From contig CM041465.1 of the NCBI GenBank assembly GCA_023213395.1, forward strand, positions 138,391,741-138,455,740: DNA of 64,000 nt, in the 5' to 3' direction. The position numbers were made by a program, and so were the translations under genes. The stretch is from Cycas panzhihuaensis. Taxonomy: Eukaryota > Plantae > Cycadophyta. Positions 12,478 through 23,673 of this stretch are shown piece by piece. The notes under the pieces were generated by a model that was not told the DNA's origin, did not search any database, and saw nothing but the letters and a program-made list of their open reading frames with translations. Numbering within the stretch: the stretch's first letter is position 1; each line of letters begins with the position of its first letter.

Positions 12478-15400
12478 ATGGAAGGGTACCCTTCCAATTG
12501 GGCCTATCATGCTTTTGCTTCGGGAGCTCATGAGTTCCCCGCATCCATTCTAGGATCCACTCAAGATGGTGACGATCCTATTTACTACCTGGGTGACCAA
12601 CGTCACCCACTAGACACCCATCCTTCTACTCATGCGGTAGAAGGCTCATCTCCTTTTGAGATCCACCACCTAGTTGGTGATTCTTATGAGGAGCGCCCTA
12701 AGGGGTCTACTTCATTTGAGGTCCCATCTACCTCTTATTATCATGTGGATACTCCTCCTGCTGATGTGGTTGAAGCACTTAGTGAGTGCTTTCGAGCTGT
12801 TCGTCTTCAATCGCGTTCTAGATGGTTTGAAGATGTTTTACGTGGTGGAGCGCCTTCTTCATCCACTCCTGTCCCACCTCCTTCATCCGCATCCACACCT
12901 CCCACAACGAGTAACCTTTTTATGCCTACACATTCGTCACGCTCCATCCCTACACCTACTTTGGGGACGCATGTTGCACCTTCTATCCCTCATCATGGTC
13001 CTAGTTCTTCGGAACCCTCTCGTGGTATGTCTTTCTCCTAGCTTGGGGTTAGCATACCTTTCCCAAGTCAAAATAGCATGCCACCTCCTAACGTGGCGTA
13101 TACATTTCTTAGTAGGCCTAAAGGCCCTACTAATGTTACTATCACTAGTCATGCATGTGGGACCCGCTCCCACGTATCCTCCAAACCAATCCAATGGTTC
13201 TTCTCTTTACATATCCCCAGGTTATACTTCTCAACCTTGGGGGCAGGGTAAAGGGAATTATATTCTAGCTTACGGGGTAGACCCGCTACATACATATGGG
13301 GTTGCACCACCCACGAGTGGCCGATATGGACAAAACCCAATTCCACACCCTTCCTTTCCTCCATCCTGCATAGCTCCTTATGCTGCACCTTTGCAAGGAA
13401 TCCCAACTTCCCTCCAAGACACTTACCCTCAAGCCCCTTTCCAGCATGGGACGCTCCCTCAAGGAGGGATGGGTTTACCACCCCCATCCATTCCTTATTC
13501 ATTACCTCCTACATTGCTTGTCGATCCTACGGTCCAGGCAAGGTCACGTCCCTTTATGGATTATAGATCGACACCATTATCTGTTGAGGCATTAAGAACC
13601 AACCTACCACCTCATCCTCCCGAAGTTCCTAAGTTTGACAGAACTTCATCACAAGACCCAACAGAGCACGTCCGTAGTTTCTCTATGGCATGTATTGATT
13701 GCTAGGCCTATAATCACATCCTAATGAAATTATTTCCATGATCCTTACAAGGCGATGCCCTTAAGTGGTTTTATCACCTACCAGCTCATTCCATTTTCTC
13801 GTTCCAGCAACTTGTGGACGAGTTCATCAATTATTTTGATGTTACTCGTCTATTCGAAAGTGGAATGAAATCCCTTCTTTCGCTCAAATAAGGGCACGAT
13901 GAGATGAATTGTGACTTTATGCGGCGATTTCATGACCTTCTTCATTCCACTAAGGCTACTTTACCTGAGGAATTGAAGAGGGATCTCTTCATTAATGCAC
14001 TTCTCCCTGAAGTCCATGTAGAAGTCCTTAAGATGGGGGCGACTACATGCGACTCTGCTATCGCAAAGTGCTTAGCACTTGAGGCTATTGAGATCCAGGC
14101 TGGACTCAAGAAGCCTCTCAAGCCCTCACAACGTCATGAGGTACCACCTCAAACTAAAGAGACCAAACCACAATAATCCACTAAGTCCTCTTCCCATCCG
14201 ACTGAGAAGACCTTAGATCTGCTCACCTCTGCCATATATTCATTCGAATGTACGATGAAGGAACTTAAACTGCAAGCTCCTTCATCACCTACTTCCAACA
14301 AACAAATCCAGAAAGCTAATCAAGCTTCCTTCCCTAAGAACGGTAACGCCCAATCCTCTCAAGCGAGGAAGATAGATTCCTCACTTGAAAAGAAGTGGTG
14401 TTCCATTCATGGGGAGTGTTTTCATGACGAGTCACGTTGTAGGGCCTAGCATCCCAGGGATTCCCCTTAATGTGACTCATCCCCTAAATAGGCCTCAAGG
14501 CCAACCTTGACCAACTGGTCCATAAGGATCCATTCCCTGAACATGGGGAACATGATTGTAATGCTCAACCCAAAAATAACTAGAACCGGGGAAGATCCCT
14601 GAATTCTCGTCCTTCCCACGATAAAGGAAAGGGCACTCGGGATTCATCTTCTTCTTCACGTTCCCCTCACTCACGTACTCCTTCACCTTCGCAGTCCCGG
14701 AACAAGGGAAATAAGGTAATCCAGATGCTTGAGGCTGCTCCTTTATATGCCTTTACTCAGTCTTAAGCCACTAAAGAGGCAGTTGGTGCCTCTTCTTCTG
14801 CTCCACACTCTGATCCTCTTCTGGAAACCTCCCTTTCGGAAGTCCCATTATGTCCTAAGGCCATTCCTATATGTCCTGGTCATTACGATTTTCGAAGGGT
14901 GCTTATCCAACCTACTGTGAAGGGTAAGCCTTTCTTTATCGTTGATGAGCTCCATACTATCGCTGTGGGAATGTCCTTGATGGATGTTTTGAGGAATTGT
15001 CCCAAATAACGGACTCTCCTTTTGGAAGCTTTAGGATCGAATGGTGTGCCCATCCACACTTTGGGTGTTACTCAAAGCCATGAGCTTGTCATTTCCTTTG
15101 ACCCTAAAGACCTTCCCCCTGCATGTGAAAGGGAATGCCAATGGAACTTCCCATTTACCATCACCATTGACACACTTGACTATACTCTGTGAATGACCGT
15201 TGTCGACAACAGTTATTCCGTGAATGCCATGCCCTTGCGTGTTATGCAAGAGCTTGGCATTTCTACTTTGGAACCTGTTCCATGGCGATGCTAAAGCTAT
15301 GATGGTAATGAAAAGACTCCATTGGGATCTATTTCGATCCCACTTACTCTCAAGGGTAAGACTGTCCTCACTGACATTGTAGTCCTTGACGTTGACGTCA

Positions 15401-18400
15401 ACTACAATCTTCTCTTGGGTCGACCATGGCTTGATCAGATGGGAGCTATGTGTTCGACCCGCTGGAGGCAACTCAAGTTTGTCCATGATGGACGGATGAG
15501 GGTTGTTTCCTGCGAACGCCTACCTATTAAGCAAACTCGTCTGATTAACCAAGCGAGCCAAGGCCCTTCTACTCACACCTCAGCTTGCTCCATCGGCATA
15601 CCTGATCCATCCCACATTGAAGAAGATCACGCACCTTCTTCCTCTAGTCTTATGCGCTTTGCTCCTATCAGTGTTGGGAGTTATGGGTACCTTACCTCGT
15701 TTAGCGACGATGAGTCCCATGATGAGGATGAGGGCTTTCCTCACCCCATTTCTTTCCTCCATACTAGTAGGATGCACCCTTCTTGTTCTAGGTCCTAACC
15801 TAGAACCCCTCTCGTTGGTGAGACTAGTCACCCCTTTGTATCATATATCGTTGCACGCTTTGACCCACCAGTCGCTGGTTCTTCTTCTTCATCACCCCCT
15901 GCAAGTAATGGTTTCAAGGAACTGCCTTTTGCTCCTTCCGAGGAGCCCCTTCCTAGCTCTCTCCTAGAGTCTTCTGAGGAGGTTAGATAGCCTGATGACC
16001 ACCACGGTCCCGTTGTTCCCACTTCCTCCAACACTTCATCTATTCAGAGTAAGGTCATCCATGGGGTGGATTACTTCGAAGATGATGAAGCCTTGCTTGA
16101 GCACCTAGTGGGCTCCGTGCCCAACTTTTCTTCTGATCACCATAGGCTTGGCCACTAGAAGATTCTGGCGATTGGGTCCACACTCACTGACCTAGTTCCA
16201 TCCCCTATTCCACCTCTTCCTATTGACCTTGCCCCTCTCCATTTCGAGGAGAGGAATGCCATGTGCATGGGGGTGACCCAGGACATAGTCTTAGCCCCTG
16301 GCAAGGTCATTAAGGTAGGGGCAGAATGCTCTCCTAATGAAGTAAGGGAATATTCCCTTTTGTTCCTGGAGTTCCGGGATGTCTTTGCATAGGATTATTT
16401 TGACATGAATGGAATCGATCCCTCCATTATCACCCATAATCTCACTACCATTCTTGGTGCTTGACCCGTGCACTAGAAGCAGCATCTTCTCCACCCTAAA
16501 CTCTCAGCCACTGTCAAGATAGAGGTTGAGAAGCTTTTGGATGCTAGACTTATTACTTCTATCGACTACCCTAAATGGGTATCCAACATTATTCCCATTG
16601 CTAAAAAGAACGTGACCATCCGGATATGTATTGATTTCCGTGATATTAACAATGCATGCCCTAAAGATAACTTTCCACTCCCCTTCATCAATCAAATCAT
16701 TGATCGAACTACTAGATTTGAAGTTATGTCCTTGATGGACGGCTTCTCCAGTTATAATCAAATTCAGATATCTCCTAAAGACTGCCATAAGATAGCCTTC
16801 ACTACCCCGTGGGGTACCTTTGCCTACAAGGCAATGCCCTTTGGCCTTAAAAATATAGGCGTTCCTTACCAAAGAGCAATGCACTTTATTTTCCATGACC
16901 TCATTGACAACACATTAGAGGTCTTTATGGATGATGTGATGGGCCTGTCATGTGTCAAGGCCCATCATCCCTCCGACTTGCGGGCTATCTTCACGTAATG
17001 CCGTAAGTACCATGTAAGCCTAAACCTGCTCAAATGTGTGTTTGCCGTTACTTCTGTCAAACTCCTTGGATTTCTTATGTCAAAACAAGGAATTCAGATT
17101 GACCCCGACAAGGTCAAGGCAATCCTTGATATGTCGCCTCCTATAACCTAATGACAGATCAAGTTGTTTCTAGGTAGGCTCAGTTTCCTCAGGCACTTCC
17201 TGGCAGACTTCGCTGTAAGCGCCAAACACCTAACAAACCTATTGAAGAAGGGAGCTCTATTTGTTTGGTCTGATAAGGCCCAACAGGCCTTCGAAGGACT
17301 TAAGGAAGCCCTTGCTTCTGCTCCTACGTTGGCATCCCCTTGTTTCGATAGGCCCTTCATTCTCTATACCTCAGTGATTGATGAGTCCCTATGCACTATG
17401 TTGGCTTAGGAGGACGACTCAAGAGTTGAGAGAGTCATTTACTTTATCAGTCGCACCCTTATGGCTGCCGAACTCAACTACTCTCTGGCCGAGAAGGAGT
17501 GTCTCTCCTAAGTCCACACGACCAAGAAGTTTAGACATTACTTGCTTGGTAACACCACCAAGGTGATCGTCTAGTCTGATCCCTTGCAATATCTACTTAC
17601 TCGTTCAGACCTAACGGGTAGGGCTAGCCGTTGGGCTGTCCTACTTTAGGAGTTCGATCTTTGTATCATCAAAAGGAAATTGAAGAAAGGGATGGTAGTG
17701 GCTGAGCAGCTCGCAGATGCCCCTATCCCTAACTCGCTTGATACCCTTGTTGACGATTCCCTTCCTAATGAGTCTATCTTGACTATTCAGGACGTCTCTC
17801 TCCATTTACTCATTGACAATGAGTGGTATGGTGACATTGTGCGATATCTCACACAACAGTAGTACCACCCTGAAGCTAGTAGTAAGGTTAGATCTCGTAT
17901 CTGGACTTCTGCTAGGCAATACTTCCTCATGGACGAAGTATTGTACAAGAGGTCTTTCGATTGGATCCTCCTCCGCTGCGTCGTCACCAACGAAGTAGAC
18001 CAAATACTCTGTGAATGTCACCATGGTATTTGCGGGGGCCAATCTATAGCCCAAAGCATCCTCCGCATGGGTTGCTATTGGCCGTCCCTCTTCAAGGACA
18101 CCCATGCTTTTGCCTTGAGGTGCCAGTGATGCCAGGAACACGCTAACATCTCCCATGTGCCTTCTGAGGCCCTTCACCCTATCATATCTCTGTGGCCTTT
18201 CACTCAATGAGGTCTAGACCTCATCGGGGCTATCTCCCCACCTTCCTCGTCGCAACACAAGTTTATATTGACTACTATGGAATACTTTACTAAATGGGCG
18301 AAGGCCATCCCTCTAGTTACTACCCTAGGTAAGATGATAGCTACCTTCATTTACCAGTATATCATTTACTGCTTCGGGATTCCTGATGTGCTGATTACTG

Positions 18401-19056
18401 ACAACAGAATCCCCTTTTGTAACAAGGAGATGGATGAGCTTTGTGAGAAGTTTAAAATCTCTCACAAAACTTCCTCTCCTTACTACCCCCAGGCAAATGG
18501 TCAAGTAGAGTCGTTCAACAAGACTCTCGTTAACATTTTAAAGAAAATTGTCACTCAGTCTCAAAGAGACTGGCACCTTCAGCTCCCTTTTGCTTTGTGG
18601 GCTTACCGTACCTATGTTCGTTCTGCCACAGGAATGACCACGTTCTCCCTAGTTTACAGTACCGAGGCGGTACTCTTGTTGGAAGTGGAGATTCCCTCCT
18701 TGCGAGTTTCTCCTTAGTGTCTCGTCGATGAGGAGTCGATTCGTCAAGCTCGCCTCCTGGACCTCGAAGCTTTGGATGAGAGACGTTTAGCTGCCTACCA
18801 AGCTAACCTCGCATCCAAAGCTCGCTCACAAAGGACCTACGATAAACACCTTTGTTCTCGTCCTTTGCTTCCCATGGACCATGTCCTCAAATTGAAGTAT
18901 CTTCATGATCGCTTGGCCAAATTCAGGCCCAAATGGGTTGGCCCCTTTGTCGTCATCGAGAACCTCAGTAACTGCGCCTATAGGATCACCACCTTGGAGG
19001 CTCTAGAGTTTGAAAAAGCCGTAAACGAGAAATTCCTTAAGAAATTCTACTCGTGA
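12478..19056 (+). pseudogene. Tat gag-pol (GAG, PR, RT, RH, INT), interrupted by stops and frameshifts
   Basis: GAG: PEVPKFD...DPTEHV and WCSIH-x4-H-x4-C knuckle. PR: VVDNSYSVNAMP and YNLLLGRPWL. RT: ICIDFRDINNACPKD, DGFSSYNQI, FMDD. Degenerate RH: FILYTSVID. INT: ECHHGICGG, YFTKW, ITDN, SSPYYPQANGQVE, KFRPKWVGPF. Confidence 0.95.
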
Positions 19057-19689
19057 CCTCGTCGTCACCTTATTCATGCTCTGAAATAAGCCTAAACTAC
19101 CATCTTAAGTTCGTTTCCATTCCTCCTAGCCACGGGTGGAATGATGACTTAGGATGGCCTCTTCTATTTCCTTCTGGTTCCTCCTGCAAAACCCTCATTC
19201 CCATTTTCCTTGGGACCTTGTCCTCCTATTTGGGCATCCCCTAGTTAGGATGATGCTCTAAAGTATTGTCACTCCCCTCTTGCTCGATATTTCCTTTGCA
19301 TATCCCACTATGCTCCCATGTGGACATGCGTGTTGCCCTATTTCCTAACCCCACATATGTTTATCACAACTACTCATGGTGGTCATGTGTGCTCCTATTA
19401 GGTATATGGCCCTACATGAAAGGAAATATGCACAACCTAAACAAATATCATAACATAAAACTCATATAGTAATCAGCTCAAAATGCAACCACGCATATCC
19501 TCGTGCATCCGTACACCCTTACACACACATAAACATGTAAACAAAATATACACATCATCATATATCAAAATGGGATACCAGTCACCCCGTCTATATACAT
19601 CAAAAATCATGTGTCATGTCATACATATAGTGTGATACATCATCTATGGGAAGTTAGTGTCCTTGTAGGGGGGGTACAATCATGTGGCT

Positions 19690-21642
19690 ATATATGGTGG
19701 CCCCCTGGAGGTTCGTGCTTTCCCTTGTCAAAATCATATGTACTATCCTACTGCTGCCCCGCCCCTAAGGCATCATCTCCTGGTCGATGTGATCTCTCTC
19801 CTAGGGACCACATCCCTCCGAGACTCCTCCTCAGTCTCTACGAGCTCCCTGCCTCGCTCCCCTCATCTCGTGGCCTCCTCGGGGTCACCGCTAGCGTATG
19901 AGTCTGTGTCCTGCTCCGCGCCAACCTCGATGCCATATCCTCTATCAGTTAATTGTATTGGGCATGGATACGATCCTGCTCCATCTCTATGAGGTGGAGC
20001 CTCTCCTCCATCCCCCAGAGTTGCTCCTCCATCACTGCTAGCTGGATATGGCTCCCCATATCCCCTCTGGCTCCTCCCTAAGCCTCCAATACCTGCACCC
20101 GACTCTGTAGACCGTCCCTCTCAGATCGGATGGTGTCCATATCAGCCTACTAATGTCTCGCACGTGCCTTGTGCTCTTGGGACTCTATTATCTATATATC
20201 CCTCACCCGTATCAATGGGGTGAATGCTACCGTGTGACCACCTATCGATCTAGGCTCATCTCCTTCCTGGATGGGAGGTTGTCCCTCTACGTAGGCCTAA
20301 GGGAAAATCTCTCGGACTACTGCCTCTACCAGCCTCTGGATGTCCACTATGCCTACAACCCAACATGCCACGTATAAATCCATGTCCATATAAATATCAA
20401 ACCAAAATCAAACTATGTATGTATCTAGCAATCAAACAACGATAAGAAATGATCATGTCTCACCTGGTGTGGTTGTCAGCTCCTCGACTTAGGCTACTGC
20501 CTCTCCCTTTGGTGCTCCGCCAGCTGCTGGTACCTCCTCCTCTAGTACCTCTTATGCCATGGCCTCAGCTCCTAGAGCATCCCTCCTCTCTACGGCTAGT
20601 GCTTCTACTACCTCTCCAAATCTCCTGACGATCCGTAGCCTATGGGCTCGTGTCACTGGGCCTCTACCCTCGTCTGCAGCTCCTGATGGGCTTGGCTCTC
20701 CACCTGCAGCCCCGGACGGACCTGCCTCTCCTACAACTCATGATGGGCCAGCCCCATCACCTCCATCACTGCCCCCATCATCTCTTAGGGGCACTCCTGC
20801 TCCTCCTACCTCGTCATCACTATCCCACCTCACTGCCCTATACAGATCTGCTATGTAATCTGTCATGGTGAGGAGGTCTAATGATGTGGCCTCCACTGAG
20901 CGACGGACATGAGCCTGGTCCTCGGTCCCTCTGAGCCTAGTCTACCACCTATATACCATCGGGGCCCACTCTGCAATAGGGCATAGTCCCCTCGTCGGTG
21001 CCACTGCTCTAAAGTAGTCGAAGAACCAACACTGCAATAACGTGCTATACGAGAGTCCTCCTTTGCCCGCTATCCTAATAGCGTCTAGCTGTGCGATGAG
21101 ATTTGTCGCTATCAGAGTGGACCAGTCCATCCCCTCTCTCGCCTCGCATCAGCGTACCGTGTCCATCCATCCTCCTAGTTTGTCCCTATAATTCTGTTTC
21201 TGGGAGATCCGAAATAGAATGCATAGTGTGATCAACTTCCTCACTCGAGGAACCCCTGACATAACCATGGTCTAGAGAGGAATCTCTTGCCTCTCCCATC
21301 TGTCCAAACCTATAAAGTATGTGGACGCCTCCATGTGTGCTGCCTCATTCTTTGGCAAGACTCTAGTGCCACGGCCTCGGCCGGTACTCCCAATATCCTC
21401 CTGATATCTCCTGACGTTACTAATACATCTCCCACCTGGGGTAGGTGGAAGACATGCCTCCTCCTGTCTCAGTGCGATATAATATCTATCAACAACCACT
21501 AGTCTGACATATACAGAGGCGTCCTCATGACCTTCAGCAGGCCACACCTCCGTAGGATCTCCTGGTCCTTCCTAGTCATCATCTCAATGAAGCTCAGCAT
21601 TGCCATCCCAATGTTTTCGCGGTTCTCTACCACTATCACAAT
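19690..21642 (-). pseudogene. Antisense plant mobile domain (PMD, aminotransferase-like) gene inside the Tat element, with a coiled-coil-like tail
   Basis: WLLIDIISH*DRRRHVFHLPQVGDVLVTSGDIRRILGVP (PMD N-motif) and DWSTLIATNLIAQL...GGLSYSTLLQCWFFDYF (PMD C-motif). A GT-AG intron at 20463-20353 joins ELTTTPG/IVDIQRLVE in frame. The 3' end is approximate. Confidence 0.8.
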
Positions 21643-21784
21643 CTGCAAAACACCACCAAACTAGTCAGCACTTGGCCCACACTTGCTCTCTATCCTCTAG
21701 ACTATCTCTCAGCCTTGCCTGATCGAGATTTGGGGCTCCTCGGGCCCCCATCTCCTTTTTTCTGCAGTTCTGCCTTCACACCAT

Positions 21785-21814
21785 GCCAAACTCCGCGGTA
21801 CCGCGGAGTTTGGC
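21785..21814. promoter_or_regulatory. Perfect 30-bp palindrome (candidate cis-element)
   Basis: GCCAAACTCCGCGGTACCGCGGAGTTTGGC is its own reverse complement. A related copy lies in the LTR at 9943-9970. The palindrome is certain; a regulatory role is inferred. Confidence 0.55.
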
Positions 21815-22305
21815 TCAAGTCCATGGCATCGGGCCCCGCAAAGAAAGATCACAAGACCGCGATCTTTGCCGCGGTGCAAATGGCACCCCCCCAAAAGGGG
21901 GGGGTTTCTTGCCCAAAAAATCCAAAAATTCTTCTAGTGGGCCACAGTCAGGCCCACTAGGACTATGGCTGCCTAATGCCCCAGTCCTGCCTCTTTTTGG
22001 GTCTAATTTAAACTCCGGGAGGCCTTTTCTTGCCCATACGGGGCTTAAAGATCTACATAAAAATCATAAAAAATAGTAAACTTTGACATGAGAGATGGGT
22101 TGGGTTTTTTATGATCCACTCACTAGATCTGGCCCAGCGCTCGCCATCTCGTCTCTATGATCCCAATGTCTGTCCTCTAGCCCTGATCCAACGATCCAAT
22201 CTCTTTCTGCGTGCCTCTGAAGTCGGATAGCGCTTCGCTGCGTAAGGGAATGGCTCTGGATTTGTTCGAGAGCCCGTGAAAATGAATCTTATTTTCATCA
22301 ATTTT

Positions 22306-22316
22306 CCTTATATAGG
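22306..22316 (-). promoter_or_regulatory. Candidate TATA box for the antisense PMD transcript
   Basis: Minus strand reads CCTATATAAGG, upstream of a GTGAGT donor (22123) and a TTTTGCAG acceptor (21643). Confidence 0.4.
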
Positions 22317-22857
22317 CGAGGACCCCGACAGGCACTGTCTCCATTTTCGCTCTCATGACAGCCCTTTGGATCGTCTCTTACCCCTAATCATCTTTTCCTT
22401 CTGGCCCTGTCTCCCATTGTGCTCCCATAGCCTTCATCTCGCTTTTCCTTGTGAGTGCATTTATGGCACCCTACCAATGCATTTTTTCACAGGGTCCCTT
22501 TTGTCTCGTTTGCGTGTCACTCCCGTGTATGCCCGAGTTTATACTTGTTTAGCTTATTTTGCCATCCTAGACTCATTTTTGCAGCTCATTCCTACCCCTA
22601 GGGTCTCCAAAGGGAATGCTCCCTCTATTCAGAGCCATTCTTTGCTTCCCAAAGCAACCTTTGGCACCCCAATGTGCCCTTTTGCCGCCCACTTCTAGCC
22701 AGTGGTTGAATCGCCTACTCTTGTCCTTGGGTAGCCTCATTGCTAGGTCCTCCTACCCTTCACAGCCATTTATTACTTGCCATACGAGTCTCTTTGTGAT
22801 TCGACTCTTATATTATTGCACATTTTCCTCTACCGAGACTTTTTTCTGTCATCATCT

Positions 22858-23235
22858 ATGTCTCTCTTCATCTTTACCAACGGTGGAAGCCGCAGTAATC
22901 CCGGACCTTCTGTCGTCGCATGGATTCTTCGCAGCTCTTCCAGACATGACTTCCTGCATTCTAGAATCTTTCTCCCTGAGGCCACCAATAACGAAGCCGA
23001 GTACATGGCCGTTATCAAGGCCCTAACTGATGCGCTCCATTTCCATCGCGAATCGGTTGTTCTTCTTTACAACTCCTAGGTTGTGGTGTCCCATCTCACC
23101 TAGGTTTACCAGGTGTGATACCCTTACTTGAAAGCCCTCGCTTTGACCACCAAGTCTCTTTTAGCTTGTTTCCAGTATGTCGACATCTGACACATTCCTT
23201 GGGCCCTCAATATTGAGGTAGATAGTCTTGTTCAC
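22858..23235 (+). pseudogene. Additional archaeal-type RNase H (aRH) domain downstream of integrase
   Basis: FIFTNGGSRSNPGPS...EATNNEAEYMAVIKALTDAL...YNS*VVV...HIPWALNIEVDSL, matching RNase HI DGGSRGNPG / TNNxAEY / DSxLVV / HIPRxxNxxAD. Confidence 0.88.
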
Positions 23236-23673
23236 CTCATAGATAGTCTTGTTCACCTCATCCTTGAGCACCGCCTTCCTCTTCTTGCTGACCGTCCCTG
23301 AGACTTGCCCGGTTGCTCTGTCACCCAAGTCCCAGGCCATCGTGCACATCACCTTGCAATCCATTCGCACCTCCAAAAGCTAGCTGCTAATGAGGTTAAA
23401 CTATGGCGACTACCAGGTTTGCTCATTCACCCTTTTTACCTGACTTTATCATGCACATCTCTTTGCACTTTTGTGATGGAGGCAGTCCCTATGTTGTCTT
23501 CACCTCTATCCTCGTATCCACACGTTCCGCCACGACACTCGTCGGTACCCTTGACTTCTGTTATGATTATGATTTATATATGTACATACACATGTGCTAC
23601 TAACAGTTGTGTTGCCAGCATTCGCCATCGCACCATGCTCCTGAGCGGTGAGGCTCTGCTGCCAAGGGGGCAG

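Noticed and set aside
20559-20871. Pro/Ser-rich plus-strand ORFs
   Set aside because: Shadow frames of the antisense E/A/G-rich linker of the PMD gene.
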